A stretch of 57,861 nt of DNA, taken from positions 1 through 57,861 of IMG/VR virus record IMGVR_UViG_3300020147_000011. One strand, 5' to 3'. Positions 36,557-46,059 of the stretch are shown here, in pieces. This stretch comes from a virus. Taxonomy: Duplodnaviria > Caudoviricetes. Numbering within the stretch: the first letter of the stretch is position 1; each line of letters begins with the position of its first letter. Position numbers and translations under genes: made by a program. A model generated the notes under the pieces. That model saw only the letters and a program-made list of their open reading frames with translations. It searched no databases and was not told the DNA's origin.

Positions 36557-38415
36557 CCGACCCCTGTCGACTGCATGCGCTGCGCACTGGTGAAAGCCCG
36601 GTTCTGGCCGGCAATGGCGCGCGCATGCTGTGCCAGCACGGACTGGATGCGGGCGACCGTTCCACTGTCGGCGCCGGCGGCGTTGATCTGATAGACCGGC
36701 GCAAATGTCTGGCCGCGACTGCCAGCCGCGGATCCAACCCGCGGCAGGATCATCCCGCTGCGGTTAGGAACAAACAGCTCCGGCCGCTTCTCGCCGACGA
36801 CGTATGCCTTGCCCGCCTCGACCGGACCGCCGGCCGCCCTGGTGCCGCCGAAGAGACTGCCGAGATTGAAGCCGCCGCCCCCACCGCCGAGCGCCGCGGC
36901 GATCGGCCCCGTGATCGCCTGGCGAATGGCAATCCGCGCCAGGTCCGCGATGATCGCATTGGCCATCGCCGTGAAGGCATCGGCCGCGCTCGCGGTCCCG
37001 GTCACGATCCCGACCAGGGCATCCTCAAACGAGCGCAGCCCGCCCAGCGCCGCATCCTGCAGCGCCTTGTCGGTGTCGCGTGCCTCGCGCGCAAACGTTC
37101 GCAGCGGCGAATGCGCCTCCTCGGCCGCCACCTTCGACCTGGCGTAAGCCTCGGCCAGCGCATCGATCTGCAGGCGCTGCTCGGCCGTCACCTTGGTCGC
37201 GTCGAGGCCAGCCTGCTTGTTGGCTGCTTTAGCCGCGGTCTCGAGCTCGACGGTCTTGCGCGCCCGCTCGCGGGCGAACGTGTTGAGATCGATGGTCTCG
37301 GTCTCGACATTGGTGACCGCAATGCGCTTTTGCGTCTGATCGATCTCGCGCTGAAACGCATCCCTTGTTGCCGCGTCATCGCCAGCGGCACTCGGCAGCC
37401 TGGTCTTTTTCCCGGTGACCTCGACGCGCGTCGGCGGCTTGATACCGACCGCGTCATAGAATTTTGCCGCATCGTCCGCCGAAAACTCATTTCCGCCGCC
37501 GACCGTCAAGCGCTGCTTGGCCGCCTCGAAACGGCTGATCAGGCCGAGCGCCTCGCGCACGCGCCCCGATGCCAGCAGATCGAAGCTCAGCGCAAACATC
37601 TTGACCGCGACCTCGAGCCCCTTGAAGGTTTCGAGCAACGCCGGCCCTCCCCAGTCGACCGACATCCTTTTGTAGGCGGTCGCGGTACGCTCCTCGAGCT
37701 TGCGAAACGCCTTGTCGAGCTCGCCGGCCTTGTCGATCAGGCCCTGATCGAGCACCACGCCCGCCTCTTTCGCCTTTTCGATCAGCGCCGGCAGGCCCTG
37801 CTCGGCGATCTCCTTGAGCGTGCCGACCATCTTCGGACCCGCCTGGCGCCCGAAGGCATCGGTTGCGAGTTTCAGACGTTCCTGCGGTGTCGCCGCATTG
37901 GTCACCAGCCGGGCAAAATCAACCAATAGCGCGCTGTTGTCGCGCAGGGTGCCGCTGCTATCGCGTAGCGCGACGCCGTTGGCGTTGAACACCTTCATCA
38001 GGTAGCCGGAACCGAGCGCCGCCTCGGCGACGCTATCGGAAAACTTGTCGAAAGCCTTGTCGGCCAGTTCGGCATCGCCGCCGGCCTGGCCGAGCGTATG
38101 CCGCAACGCCTGGATCGCATCAGTCGACAATCCAACGCGTTCCGACAGATCGCCGAGGTCGTCGACCTCGCCGATCGCTTTTCTGATACCGACGATCGAC
38201 TGCTCGAGCGCAAAGGCACCGGCGGCCGCGCCAACCAGGCCACGGCTGAACGAGTTGAGAAAACCGTCCGCAACACCCGGATTGATTTTCTTGAACCGAT
38301 CCTCGATGCCGCGCGCGGCCTTGTCGGTCCCGCTCATCGCTTTCGCCAGCGATTTCTCATACTTGGAAATGTTCGCCTCGAGCGAGACGACCAGGCGCTC
38401 CAGATCGGTTGCCAC
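36553..38415 (-). CDS. Tape measure protein
   Basis: LERLVVSLEA N-terminus, Ala-rich helices, RAAGGPV...VGEKRPELFVP. Confidence 0.9.
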   Translation of the reverse strand: MATDLERLVVSLEANISKYEKSLAKAMSGTDKAARGIEDRFKKINPGVADGFLNSFSRGLVGAAAGAFALEQSIVGIRKAIGEVDDLGDLSERVGLSTDAIQALRHTLGQAGGDAELADKAFDKFSDSVAEAALGSGYLMKVFNANGVALRDSSGTLRDNSALLVDFARLVTNAATPQERLKLATDAFGRQAGPKMVGTLKEIAEQGLPALIEKAKEAGVVLDQGLIDKAGELDKAFRKLEERTATAYKRMSVDWGGPALLETFKGLEVAVKMFALSFDLLASGRVREALGLISRFEAAKQRLTVGGGNEFSADDAAKFYDAVGIKPPTRVEVTGKKTRLPSAAGDDAATRDAFQREIDQTQKRIAVTNVETETIDLNTFARERARKTVELETAAKAANKQAGLDATKVTAEQRLQIDALAEAYARSKVAAEEAHSPLRTFAREARDTDKALQDAALGGLRSFEDALVGIVTGTASAADAFTAMANAIIADLARIAIRQAITGPIAAALGGGGGGFNLGSLFGGTRAAGGPVEAGKAYVVGEKRPELFVPNRSGMILPRVGSAAGSRGQTFAPVYQINAAGADSGTVARIQSVLAQHARAIAGQNRAFTSAQRMQSTGVG

Positions 38416-38420
38416 TTACA

Positions 38421-38977
38421 TCAATCCTTTGATTGCAGCCATTCCCAGAGATCGTCAGCCTCGGCCGGGCTCAGGGAATCCCCGATCTCGATCTGGCCGG
38501 ATATCATCGCGAAAAACTGCCACATCGACATCGCGTCGACCTGCTGCGGCGACAAATTCAATTTGCCGCCGGCGCCGTAGATGGCTCCGAACCGGATTTT
38601 CCCTCGTGGGAGATCGTCGACGCGCGCGCCCGACGCGGAGCCCTTGATTTTTTTTCGATTCTCTCCTCTGGCGCGCCGTAGCAGCCGGCAGACAGCACCG
38701 CGATCGCATGCAGCAGATTTTCCGCCGGCGGCCGCGCCTCGACATAGGTGCGCGTTTTCTTCAGCGCCTCGACAGGCGCCAGGCCGCCGCCGATCAGGCC
38801 ACAGCGCAGCACGTTTGAGATCTCCTCGATTCTGCAGACTTTCGCCTGCAGGCGATCAAGGATCACGAACGGCCCGGCGTCGCAGGCCTCCTGCAGCAGC
38901 GCGATCTCGCCCCAGCCCAGACGGAACCGATAGGTTCCGTCCGCCCAGTCCAGCATCAGAGATGCGTCGCGGCTCAC
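38421..38977 (-). CDS. Tail assembly chaperone G (38558-38977) and -1 frameshift product GT (to 38421)
   Basis: GTA-gp10-like WADGTYRFRLGW; slippery A AAA AAA at 38648-38654; open -1 frame ending SPQQVDAMSMWQF...LWEWLQSKD*. Confidence 0.8.
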
Positions 38978-39414
38978 GGCGAAACCGTGCGCGCGAGCTC
39001 GCCGTCGCTTTGCATTTCGATATTCGCGGTCACGCGCCCGCCCTGTTCGGCGCCGGCGGTAAACGTCGCGATATGCATCAGCCCGGTCCAGGTGATCGTC
39101 TTGGCCGGAAACTCGACCTCGATCTTGACCGGAATGCTCTCGACGCTTTCCCAGCCATCGAGCCAGGCCTCGACCGATTCCGCGGCCAGCACACCCTCGC
39201 CGGAGACCGCAGCCGACAGGCTCGCGGCGTCGCGACCAACCCAGGCAACTGCGTCCGGATCGTCGCAATCCGGCAGATTGACGTCGGTCAGATCCTTGGT
39301 CAGCGTCAGCGATTTCGACGTGAAACCGCACGGCGACGCATAGGTAATCGGATCGGCGTCGTCGCCGAGCAGCACGCGGAATTTTCCAAACCTGGCGGTT
39401 GTCGGTTGCGCCAT
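38974..39414 (-). CDS. Major tail tube protein
   Basis: PCGFTSKSL...PDCDDPD...SGEGV...QSDG. Confidence 0.85.
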   Translation of the reverse strand: MAQPTTARFGKFRVLLGDDADPITYASPCGFTSKSLTLTKDLTDVNLPDCDDPDAVAWVGRDAASLSAAVSGEGVLAAESVEAWLDGWESVESIPVKIEVEFPAKTITWTGLMHIATFTAGAEQGGRVTANIEMQSDGELARTVSP

Positions 39415-39443
39415 GACAGCAGTCTCCTTTTGTGAAAACGGGG

Positions 39444-39848
39444 TTAGGGTTGCTCAACCAGCGCGACGAATTCGATGACGGCATGGCTGGTCTGACCGTC
39501 AGGATCCGGCAGGATCCGCGTCTGCCGATGCTCGATCGACAGCAACGCGTTGTCTGTTAGCGACAGATCGAAGCCGTGCAGCGCCAGGCGAACTGCCTCG
39601 GCGACACGCTTGACCTCGACCCGTCCCTCAGTCCGCGACCATGCGTCGAGCTGCAGGAACACCTCGAAAGCCGTCAGGCATTCCGCGTCGTCAGAAACAA
39701 TCTGATCCGGCCCCACAGAAATGTAGGGAAAAACCGCCTCATCGGGCACGGCGTCATAGACCCGATCAGCGATCAGCGCCGTCAGCGGCGCAAACCCGAC
39801 CAGGCGCGCGACGATAGCCCCCTGCAGCTCGAGCGAAACACTACTCAT
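39444..39848 (-). CDS. Tail terminator (DUF3168)
   Basis: LQGAIVARL...RVYDAVP...FPYISVG...DAWSR. Confidence 0.85.
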   Translation of the reverse strand: MSSVSLELQGAIVARLVGFAPLTALIADRVYDAVPDEAVFPYISVGPDQIVSDDAECLTAFEVFLQLDAWSRTEGRVEVKRVAEAVRLALHGFDLSLTDNALLSIEHRQTRILPDPDGQTSHAVIEFVALVEQP

Positions 39849-40318
39849 TTGCCAGCTACTTTCTTCGCCGCCCGGTTGGTCGCCCTGGTGATGCGCGATT
39901 TGACCCGCTTGCGCAGCGCCCGATAGGCAGGAAAGAAAAACGGCTGCGGCGCCGTGCCGGGATGCTGCGTTCCCTTGAACTTGCCGCCATTGACATGCGG
40001 CGCCGTGCCGAACTCGACAAACGACGCATAGTAAGCCTTCGCATCTCCGGCATGGATCGTAACCGTGAGATCCGGATCGCCCGCACCGGCAAAGGCGCTG
40101 ACGCCGCGCACATTCGCGTTTTCCGCCCGATATTTGCCGAAGGTCGACCCGATGCTTTTGGCCAGGTCGCCACTCTGCTTGGGAACAAGGCGCCGCTGCA
40201 TATCCGTGATCTCGTCAGCCCCCTCGGCCAGCGCCTGCTTGATCGCCGAGCGCACCTCGGACGGCAGCGCCCGCATCTTGGTGAGCAGCCGATCGCGCCC
40301 CTTCGTTCTCGCGGCCAT
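39845..40318 (-). CDS. HK97 gp10-like neck protein
   Basis: SGDLAKSI, YASFVEFGT, PQPFFFPA. Confidence 0.9.
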   Translation of the reverse strand: MAARTKGRDRLLTKMRALPSEVRSAIKQALAEGADEITDMQRRLVPKQSGDLAKSIGSTFGKYRAENANVRGVSAFAGAGDPDLTVTIHAGDAKAYYASFVEFGTAPHVNGGKFKGTQHPGTAPQPFFFPAYRALRKRVKSRITRATNRAAKKVAGK

Positions 40319-40463
40319 CCGTAACCTCACCCGCTTGCGCTGAAACGATTGCCCTGACCGCAGCCTCTGGAACGCGCCGGTAGGACCGGCCGGCACGATA
40401 CGCCACGATGACACCGGCCCGCGGCCGGTAGTCGAAATCCCGCAGCATGGTCACGCTCTTCAC
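40215..40463 (-). CDS. Small hypothetical protein
   Basis: GTGA-coupled; RDFDYRP...AYRAG. Confidence 0.5.
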   Translation of the reverse strand: MKSVTMLRDFDYRPRAGVIVAYRAGRSYRRVPEAAVRAIVSAQAGEVTDGRENEGARSAAHQDAGAAVRGALGDQAGAGRGG

Positions 40464-40801
40464 GTCGCCACCCCGGATTGGCACAGCATCTCGAGCCATT
40501 GGCCGCCGGCATCCGGATCCGCGATCGAGCGGATGTTATAGATCACGCCGGTTCGCACATCGCGCGCGCGCCAGTCGGTCGTAATCTCCGCGGTCGCGCC
40601 GACCTGCCTCACGGTGATCACGACCGGCTGTTGACCCGATAGCCGCGCCGCGGTCACCGCCTCGCCGCCGAACTTGGCGACGATCGCTGCCGCGCAGACG
40701 AACTGCTGCTCGAATTCGCCGCGCACGTTGCCGAAACCGTCGGAGACGACGGATCGCTTTTCGAACGCGACGCGCTCGCGCAGCTGGCGGGCCCGCGGCA
40801 T
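40460..40801 (-). CDS. Head closure / head-tail joining protein
   Basis: LRERVAFE...DGFGN...YNIRSI. Confidence 0.85.
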   Translation of the reverse strand: MPRARQLRERVAFEKRSVVSDGFGNVRGEFEQQFVCAAAIVAKFGGEAVTAARLSGQQPVVITVRQVGATAEITTDWRARDVRTGVIYNIRSIADPDAGGQWLEMLCQSGVAT

Positions 40802-40804
40802 GGG

Positions 40805-41212
40805 TCAGTTAGCGACGGCGGTATAGTGCGGCTGGACGTCGAGCACCGAGGCAGAGTCCGCCAGGCCGACCAGGTTGACGTATTCGCCGGAGCCGACATC
40901 GGCGATCGGGCAGATCCCCCCGGGGGTGTCACTGCCGTAGTAGGCGAGCCCTGGCGTTAGCGTTGCGCCGATCGTGATCTTTCCCTTACCGAGCGTGATC
41001 GGCTGATTGAGGGAAGCCGCATTCAGCGCAACGTGCGAACCCTGGCGTGCCGCGGCGGTCGCTGAATTCGAATCCGCCAGCATCCACTTACGCGACGTCG
41101 GATCCAGATAGCAAAGCTTGCCTTGAGCAATCGTCTCGCCCGCGGTCCCATGGACGCGCGTTGCAGACGGTGAGGCAACGACGTTGGCGGCGGTGATCAC
41201 GATGTCGGTCAT
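40805..41212 (-). CDS. Small structural protein (head decoration-like)
   Basis: AGETIAQG..Y...LAD...YY.SDTPGGI. Confidence 0.6.
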   Translation of the reverse strand: MTDIVITAANVVASPSATRVHGTAGETIAQGKLCYLDPTSRKWMLADSNSATAAARQGSHVALNAASLNQPITLGKGKITIGATLTPGLAYYGSDTPGGICPIADVGSGEYVNLVGLADSASVLDVQPHYTAVAN

Positions 41213-41251
41213 TTGTGACGTTCCTTTTCAGGTTGCGGGTTAAGCAAGATT

Positions 41252-41848
41252 TCAGCGATAAACCCGATACGGCTGCAGCAGCCGGTAGATCGTATCTTTC
41301 AGCCGGGCCCGCTCCTCGTCGGTCGGCCCGTCAAACGTCATCTCGACATGCAGCTTCACCGCCGACTTGAAATTGTTCAGTCGGATGTCGCTGGCGGGGT
41401 ACCCGACCCAATATCGGATCCGGATGCACTGTTCCTCGCCCGACACTACCGGCCAGCTCTGGCCCGACTTCAGCAGCACGCGGCATTTGCTGGCGTTCTC
41501 GCCGTCGACGATCCGATAGACGGTCCCGACCAGCGTCTGCTCGACACCATCGGCATCGTCATAGAGGATCACCGGCTCCGCATCCGGATCGGTCAAAAGC
41601 GGCCCGCCCGGCAGCGCGATCTCCGAACCGCAAAAACCGTCGAGCCGCAGCTCCACCAGCCGCGGCAGCATCGAGCGCCCAAGGAAGCCGAGTTCGGGAT
41701 CCTCGAACTCGGTGATGGCACCCCAGATCTTGGATTCGATATCGGCATCGTCATCGTCAAAATCCTGACGCAGATGCGCCTTGACCTCTTCAACCGACGG
41801 CACCGGTTCATCCGGCGGTGTGATAACGACCAGCGTGCTGCCCATCAA
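41252..41848 (-). CDS. Head-tail connector (gp6-like)
   Basis: SVEEVKAHLR.D.DDDDA.I...LLQPYR. Confidence 0.88.
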   Translation of the reverse strand: MMGSTLVVITPPDEPVPSVEEVKAHLRQDFDDDDADIESKIWGAITEFEDPELGFLGRSMLPRLVELRLDGFCGSEIALPGGPLLTDPDAEPVILYDDADGVEQTLVGTVYRIVDGENASKCRVLLKSGQSWPVVSGEEQCIRIRYWVGYPASDIRLNNFKSAVKLHVEMTFDGPTDEERARLKDTIYRLLQPYRVYR

Positions 41849-41873
41849 ATGACCAACCTGATTTGAAGTACGA

Positions 41874-43250
41874 TCACGGAACGAGTTTCGACAGCACGGG
41901 ATACAGATCGCATTCCACTGTGGAGCCGTCGGCGTTCACCAGTGTCAGCAGCCCCTGCCCGTCGACCGCCATCTCGATGATCGCGGGCCCTGCCGCGCCG
42001 CGCGGCCCCACCCCGCCGCGTTCGCCCGGCTTTCCGGTCTTGCCTTGTGTCGATATCACCTGCCATCCCGCACCCGGGCACGGCCCCGGATTATCCTTGC
42101 GCGCGATGAACGCCGCGCCGCCGAGGGCTACGATGTCGAGCTCGCGGTAATCCTGCTCCCCGGCATCAAAGGTCTCGCGCACCCGCGGGCTTCGGCCATC
42201 ACGCCCGGCGGCTGCGATGCAGGTCCAGTCCGCATGCGGCGGCGCGTGACCGGTATCCTTTGCAGCCTGCCAGGTGGATCCGGCGAGCGTCACCACCTCG
42301 CCCTCGTAATGCACCCGGTCGCTCCAGGCGCGGACCACCGGCATCTTGCCGTCCGCGCCCCTGTCGCCCTTCTCCGGCTTCGGCAGGGCCGCCACAGCCT
42401 TGGCGACCACATCATCGACCAGCGGCGCCAGCTGCTCGACCGTGACGCTCTCACCATCCTTCGGCGCCGGCAGGGCGGCCACGGCCTTGCCTACCGCCTC
42501 GTCGATCAGCGGCCGTACATCGTCGATCGTGACGCTGTCGCCGTCCTTCGGCACCGGCAGCGCCGCCACGGCCTTGGCAACTGTGTCCTCGACCAGCGGC
42601 GCGAGCTGCTCAACCGTCACGCTCTCGCCGTCCTTCGGCGCCGGCAGCGCCGCCACGGCCTTCTCGACCGTTTCTGCAACCAGTGGCGCGAGCTGCTCCA
42701 CCGTGACGCTGTCGCCGTCCTTCGGCACGGGCAGTGCCGCCACTGCCTTGGCGACTACATCTTCGACCAAAGGCGCGAGCTGCTCGACCGTTACGCTCTC
42801 GCCGTCCTTGGCCGCCGGCAGCGCCGCCACCGCCTTCGCGACCACGTCGTCGACCAGTGGCGCCAACTGCTCGACCGTGACGCTGTCGCCGTCCTTTGCC
42901 GGCGGCAGGGCTGCTACGGCCTTGCCGACGGCATCCTCGATCACCGGCCGCACATCGTCGACCGTGACGCTCTCGCCGTCCTTCGGTGCCGGCAACGCCG
43001 CCACGGCCCTGGCGACCACATCGTCGACCAAAGGCGCGAGCTGCTCGACCGTCACGCTCTCGCCATCCCTGACCGACGCCAGCCGATCGGCAACCGCGCG
43101 CTCCAGATTGACCAGGCGCAGCTCGCGCTCGGCGTCGATCCGGCGCAGGTCGGCGATCGCCGCCTCGATGCGAAGCCCCGCTTCGCGTTCGATCCGTCCC
43201 GCGACGGCGCCGAGCTCCTCGGCGAGGATGTCAAGCGGCGTGGCGGGCAT
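41874..43250 (-). CDS. Portal-adjacent protein with eight 29-aa repeats and short Gly-X-Y stretches
   Basis: KDGESVTVEQLAPLVDDVVAKAVAALPAP x8; GKPGERGGVGPRG. Confidence 0.85.
   Translation of the reverse strand: MPATPLDILAEELGAVAGRIEREAGLRIEAAIADLRRIDAERELRLVNLERAVADRLASVRDGESVTVEQLAPLVDDVVARAVAALPAPKDGESVTVDDVRPVIEDAVGKAVAALPPAKDGDSVTVEQLAPLVDDVVAKAVAALPAAKDGESVTVEQLAPLVEDVVAKAVAALPVPKDGDSVTVEQLAPLVAETVEKAVAALPAPKDGESVTVEQLAPLVEDTVAKAVAALPVPKDGDSVTIDDVRPLIDEAVGKAVAALPAPKDGESVTVEQLAPLVDDVVAKAVAALPKPEKGDRGADGKMPVVRAWSDRVHYEGEVVTLAGSTWQAAKDTGHAPPHADWTCIAAAGRDGRSPRVRETFDAGEQDYRELDIVALGGAAFIARKDNPGPCPGAGWQVISTQGKTGKPGERGGVGPRGAAGPAIIEMAVDGQGLLTLVNADGSTVECDLYPVLSKLVP
42375..43070 (-). repeat. 8 x 87-bp in-frame tandem repeat
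   Basis: Eight units counted directly in the protein and DNA. Confidence 0.95.
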
Positions 43251-44601
43251 GTGCCGATCGGAAGAGTTGGCGCGCGCGCTCGTTACCATCCGCATCAGCC
43301 TCCGGCTTGTCTTGCTCTGGATCTTCGGTATCGCCGGCCGGCGGTTTCGCCGCCGGCGCCGAGACCTTGCCCGCCATGCTCAGCGGGATGTCCTGCTGCT
43401 GCACCAGGATTTCGTCGCCACCGGCTTTTGCCGGCAGGTCGAGATACCGCCGCGCTTCGTTGACCGCCATCACGCGGCGGGTGCCGTTCGACAGCGCGTC
43501 GAGCATTTCCTTGAAGGACGAACGCAGCAGCGCGTTGGTGTCGAACTCAACATACTCCTCGGGAAAGCCCTTCAGCCGGAACAGCAGGCCGAACGCTTCC
43601 TCGATGTGGTTCAACGCAAAGCCGAGCCCCATCGCCCGCCAGGACGACATCAGCGCCTCGGTCGACGCGAATGGGGTGCCGCCGATGCCAAGAATCTGCA
43701 GCGGCATCCGAAACGCCAGCGCCACGTTCTGGTCCGACATCTTCAGCATGTCGGCCAGCATCGTATCGCCCACGGCCTGGGTTGCCGGCTTGGCCTTCAG
43801 TCCCCATGCCAGGACCGTCGTGCTGCCGGCGTTTTCGCCGGTCGTCTGGTCGATCCAGCGCTGCCGCAGATCCTGCGTCTGCTGCGCCGTCAGCTGCTGG
43901 TCGGTTTCCAGCATGAACGACGGGCGCGACTGATTGAGGTAGTAGGTGATCTGCTGATTGAGCGCCGCACCCGAGAACATCATCTCCAGCGCGGTCGCGA
44001 GGATCGGGCTTTCCCCCTTCAGGGGATGCCGCGGCGTATGCAGGCGGATGTGCAACACGTCCCGCGCCGGAATCGGTCGTGAAAGGTCAAAACGCTTTTC
44101 GGCGATCTCGTTGCCATACAGCGCATAGAAGATCTCGCCGCCGGCGCCGAGCAAGGGCTGACCCTCGCGCATCCAGTGCAGTTCAGCGATCTCGCTGCGA
44201 TCGTTACGCACCCCAGCATAGGCAAACGCCTCGCCCTTGGAATAGAGCCGGCGCGTCATGTTGAGCAGCAGGTCCGACATCGACTGGTAGTCGTTCGGCC
44301 GGCGGATGATGCGCGACAGCGCCGAGCTCGTGACGCGTTCGCGGCCGCCATCACCCGTCGATCGCCAGTGATCGCCCGGACACATCGCGACCGTCTGCGA
44401 ATAGGCCGACACACAGGCCTCGACCATGGCCCCGCTCTGCCCGTAGTCGAGCGAGTAGCCCTTCTGCCACCAGTTCATGAACTTGCCGGCGGTCGCCGAC
44501 AGCCAGCCACCGTCAAGCAAATACGGTCCGGGGCGGTACTCGCCCTCGGCGGGCACCGCCTTCAGCCGCAGGCCGGTCAGGATCCTGTCCAGGAGGCGCA
44601 A
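43231..44601 (-). CDS. HK97-type portal protein
   Basis: VEACV, RPNDYQ, DVLHIR, GESP, VNEAR..LDLP...GGD. Confidence 0.93.
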   Translation of the reverse strand: MRLLDRILTGLRLKAVPAEGEYRPGPYLLDGGWLSATAGKFMNWWQKGYSLDYGQSGAMVEACVSAYSQTVAMCPGDHWRSTGDGGRERVTSSALSRIIRRPNDYQSMSDLLLNMTRRLYSKGEAFAYAGVRNDRSEIAELHWMREGQPLLGAGGEIFYALYGNEIAEKRFDLSRPIPARDVLHIRLHTPRHPLKGESPILATALEMMFSGAALNQQITYYLNQSRPSFMLETDQQLTAQQTQDLRQRWIDQTTGENAGSTTVLAWGLKAKPATQAVGDTMLADMLKMSDQNVALAFRMPLQILGIGGTPFASTEALMSSWRAMGLGFALNHIEEAFGLLFRLKGFPEEYVEFDTNALLRSSFKEMLDALSNGTRRVMAVNEARRYLDLPAKAGGDEILVQQQDIPLSMAGKVSAPAAKPPAGDTEDPEQDKPEADADGNERARQLFRSAHARHAA

Positions 44602-44605
44602 GGGA

Positions 44606-44920
44606 TCAATCCGCCTTGGTTTCGCGGGTCTTGTAGCCCAGCTGCTGCTGGTCGTCGGCCTTCATGGCCTTGCCCTTGCCGCCACCACCACCCTTGCTGG
44701 CAGCGTCGGCCTTGGCCTTGGCGTCGGCATCTGCCTGAGCCGCGGCTTCCGCCTTGGCGCGCTCGGCAGCGGGATCCACCCCGCGGGTGCGCGGAACGCC
44801 AGGCGCGCGCATCGCGACCGGAACGCCGCTCGCATGCACCAGGGCGCCGCCCTCATCCAGGGCTACTTCGGATGGATCGACGGTTCGGCCGTCTTCCAGA
44901 ACGTACCAGGTATCCTGCAT
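44606..44920 (-). CDS. Hypothetical head-region protein (YVLEDG type)
   Basis: MQDTWYVLEDG...YKTRETKA; paralogous to 53308-53709. Confidence 0.75.
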   Translation of the reverse strand: MQDTWYVLEDGRTVDPSEVALDEGGALVHASGVPVAMRAPGVPRTRGVDPAAERAKAEAAAQADADAKAKADAASKGGGGGKGKAMKADDQQQLGYKTRETKAD

Positions 44921-45982
44921 CGGTCAGGCTTCCTTCTGTGAAATGGGCCCCTTACCCCTAGACAGCAAAAAGCCGCCCGGAGGCGGCTGTGGGGAACGGG
45001 GACAAGATTTCAGCCTGGCTGATTGGACCTTACGGTTGAATTGCTGACCTATCCTGCGGAGGAAACGTGGCGTAGAGGGTTGGGGATGCTCCAAAGAATT
45101 GCCTCGTCCCTGAAATATCGCGCGAAGTGGGCCAACCTCGGCGTTCTATACGCCCGGCAGCCGGACATAAGCCATATCAAGGTTGGAGGGCGCCCCGTAA
45201 GGCTCCAGCTTCCTAACGATGAGCGGCCTCGCCAGGAACACGAGTTCCACAAGATCGTCTTTGAGGACTGCTACCGCCTGGCAAGCGCGCCCAGCGCCAA
45301 TACTGTCCTCGACATCGGAGCCAACATCGGCCTCTTTGCCATTGCTGCCCGGAATCGGTTTCCACGGGCTACCATCCACTGTTACGAGCCCAATGCAGCG
45401 GTGCTGCCAAACCTTCGCGCGCACGGACTGCAGATAGACGCATCTTGTTTCCCGGAAGCCGTAGGACTCACGGCCGGCAAGATATCCCTCCAAACCTCCG
45501 GGGACGGCTCGCTGTTCTCGGTAAGCAAACCTGACGCTGCGGGTCTGATCGACCAAGTTTCGTTCGCCAGTGCAGTTGGCAAGCTTGGCAACGTCGATCT
45601 GCTCAAGCTCGATTGCGAGGGCGCTGAATGGCAGATATTCGAAGATCGCGAGACGTGGAAATCAGTGAAGCATCTCGTGATGGAGTATCACCTCTGGGCG
45701 AAAGAGGGCTCGACTGTTGCAGAGCTTAAGTCAGTCATCGCCGGGCTAGGGTTCAGTCGGGTAGATGTGCGGGAAGACAGCCCAAAGTTTGGGATAGTGT
45801 TCGCATCCCGCGCGTAGCGACCGCAACGCCGCACCAGCGCCCCGGATTCGTCATGCGCCACCTCGTTGGGATCGACCTTGCGGCCGTCCTCCAGAACGTA
45901 CCAGGTATCCTGCATCGGTCAGGCTTCCTTCTATGAAACGGGCCCCTTACCCCTACACAGCAAAAAGCCGCCCGGAGGCGGC
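44836..45982. repeat. ~152-bp diverged direct repeats (44836-44987 and 45831-45982) flanking the FkbM moron
   Basis: Both copies carry the terminator, GGGGTAAGGGG, the RBS and the first ~28 codons MQDTWYVLEDGR. Confidence 0.92.
45086..45817 (+). CDS. FkbM-family SAM methyltransferase (moron)
   Basis: LDIGANIG, CYEPN, LLKLDCEGAE, MEYH. Confidence 0.92.
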   Translation: MLQRIASSLKYRAKWANLGVLYARQPDISHIKVGGRPVRLQLPNDERPRQEHEFHKIVFEDCYRLASAPSANTVLDIGANIGLFAIAARNRFPRATIHCYEPNAAVLPNLRAHGLQIDASCFPEAVGLTAGKISLQTSGDGSLFSVSKPDAAGLIDQVSFASAVGKLGNVDLLKLDCEGAEWQIFEDRETWKSVKHLVMEYHLWAKEGSTVAELKSVIAGLGFSRVDVREDSPKFGIVFASRA

Positions 45983-46059
45983 CTGGGGAGAGTGGGGATA
46001 GGCAGATTAAGGCCGGTCAAGACCTAGATTGGACCGGCACCGTGGGGTAGTGGTGGGGG

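Noticed and set aside
42375-43070. Tandem repeat as a CRISPR or guide array
   Set aside because: In-frame coding repeats with no spacers and no cas-like genes
42346-44082. Long Ser/Thr/Ala repeat ORF on the plus strand
   Set aside because: Antisense shadow of the repeat protein and portal genes
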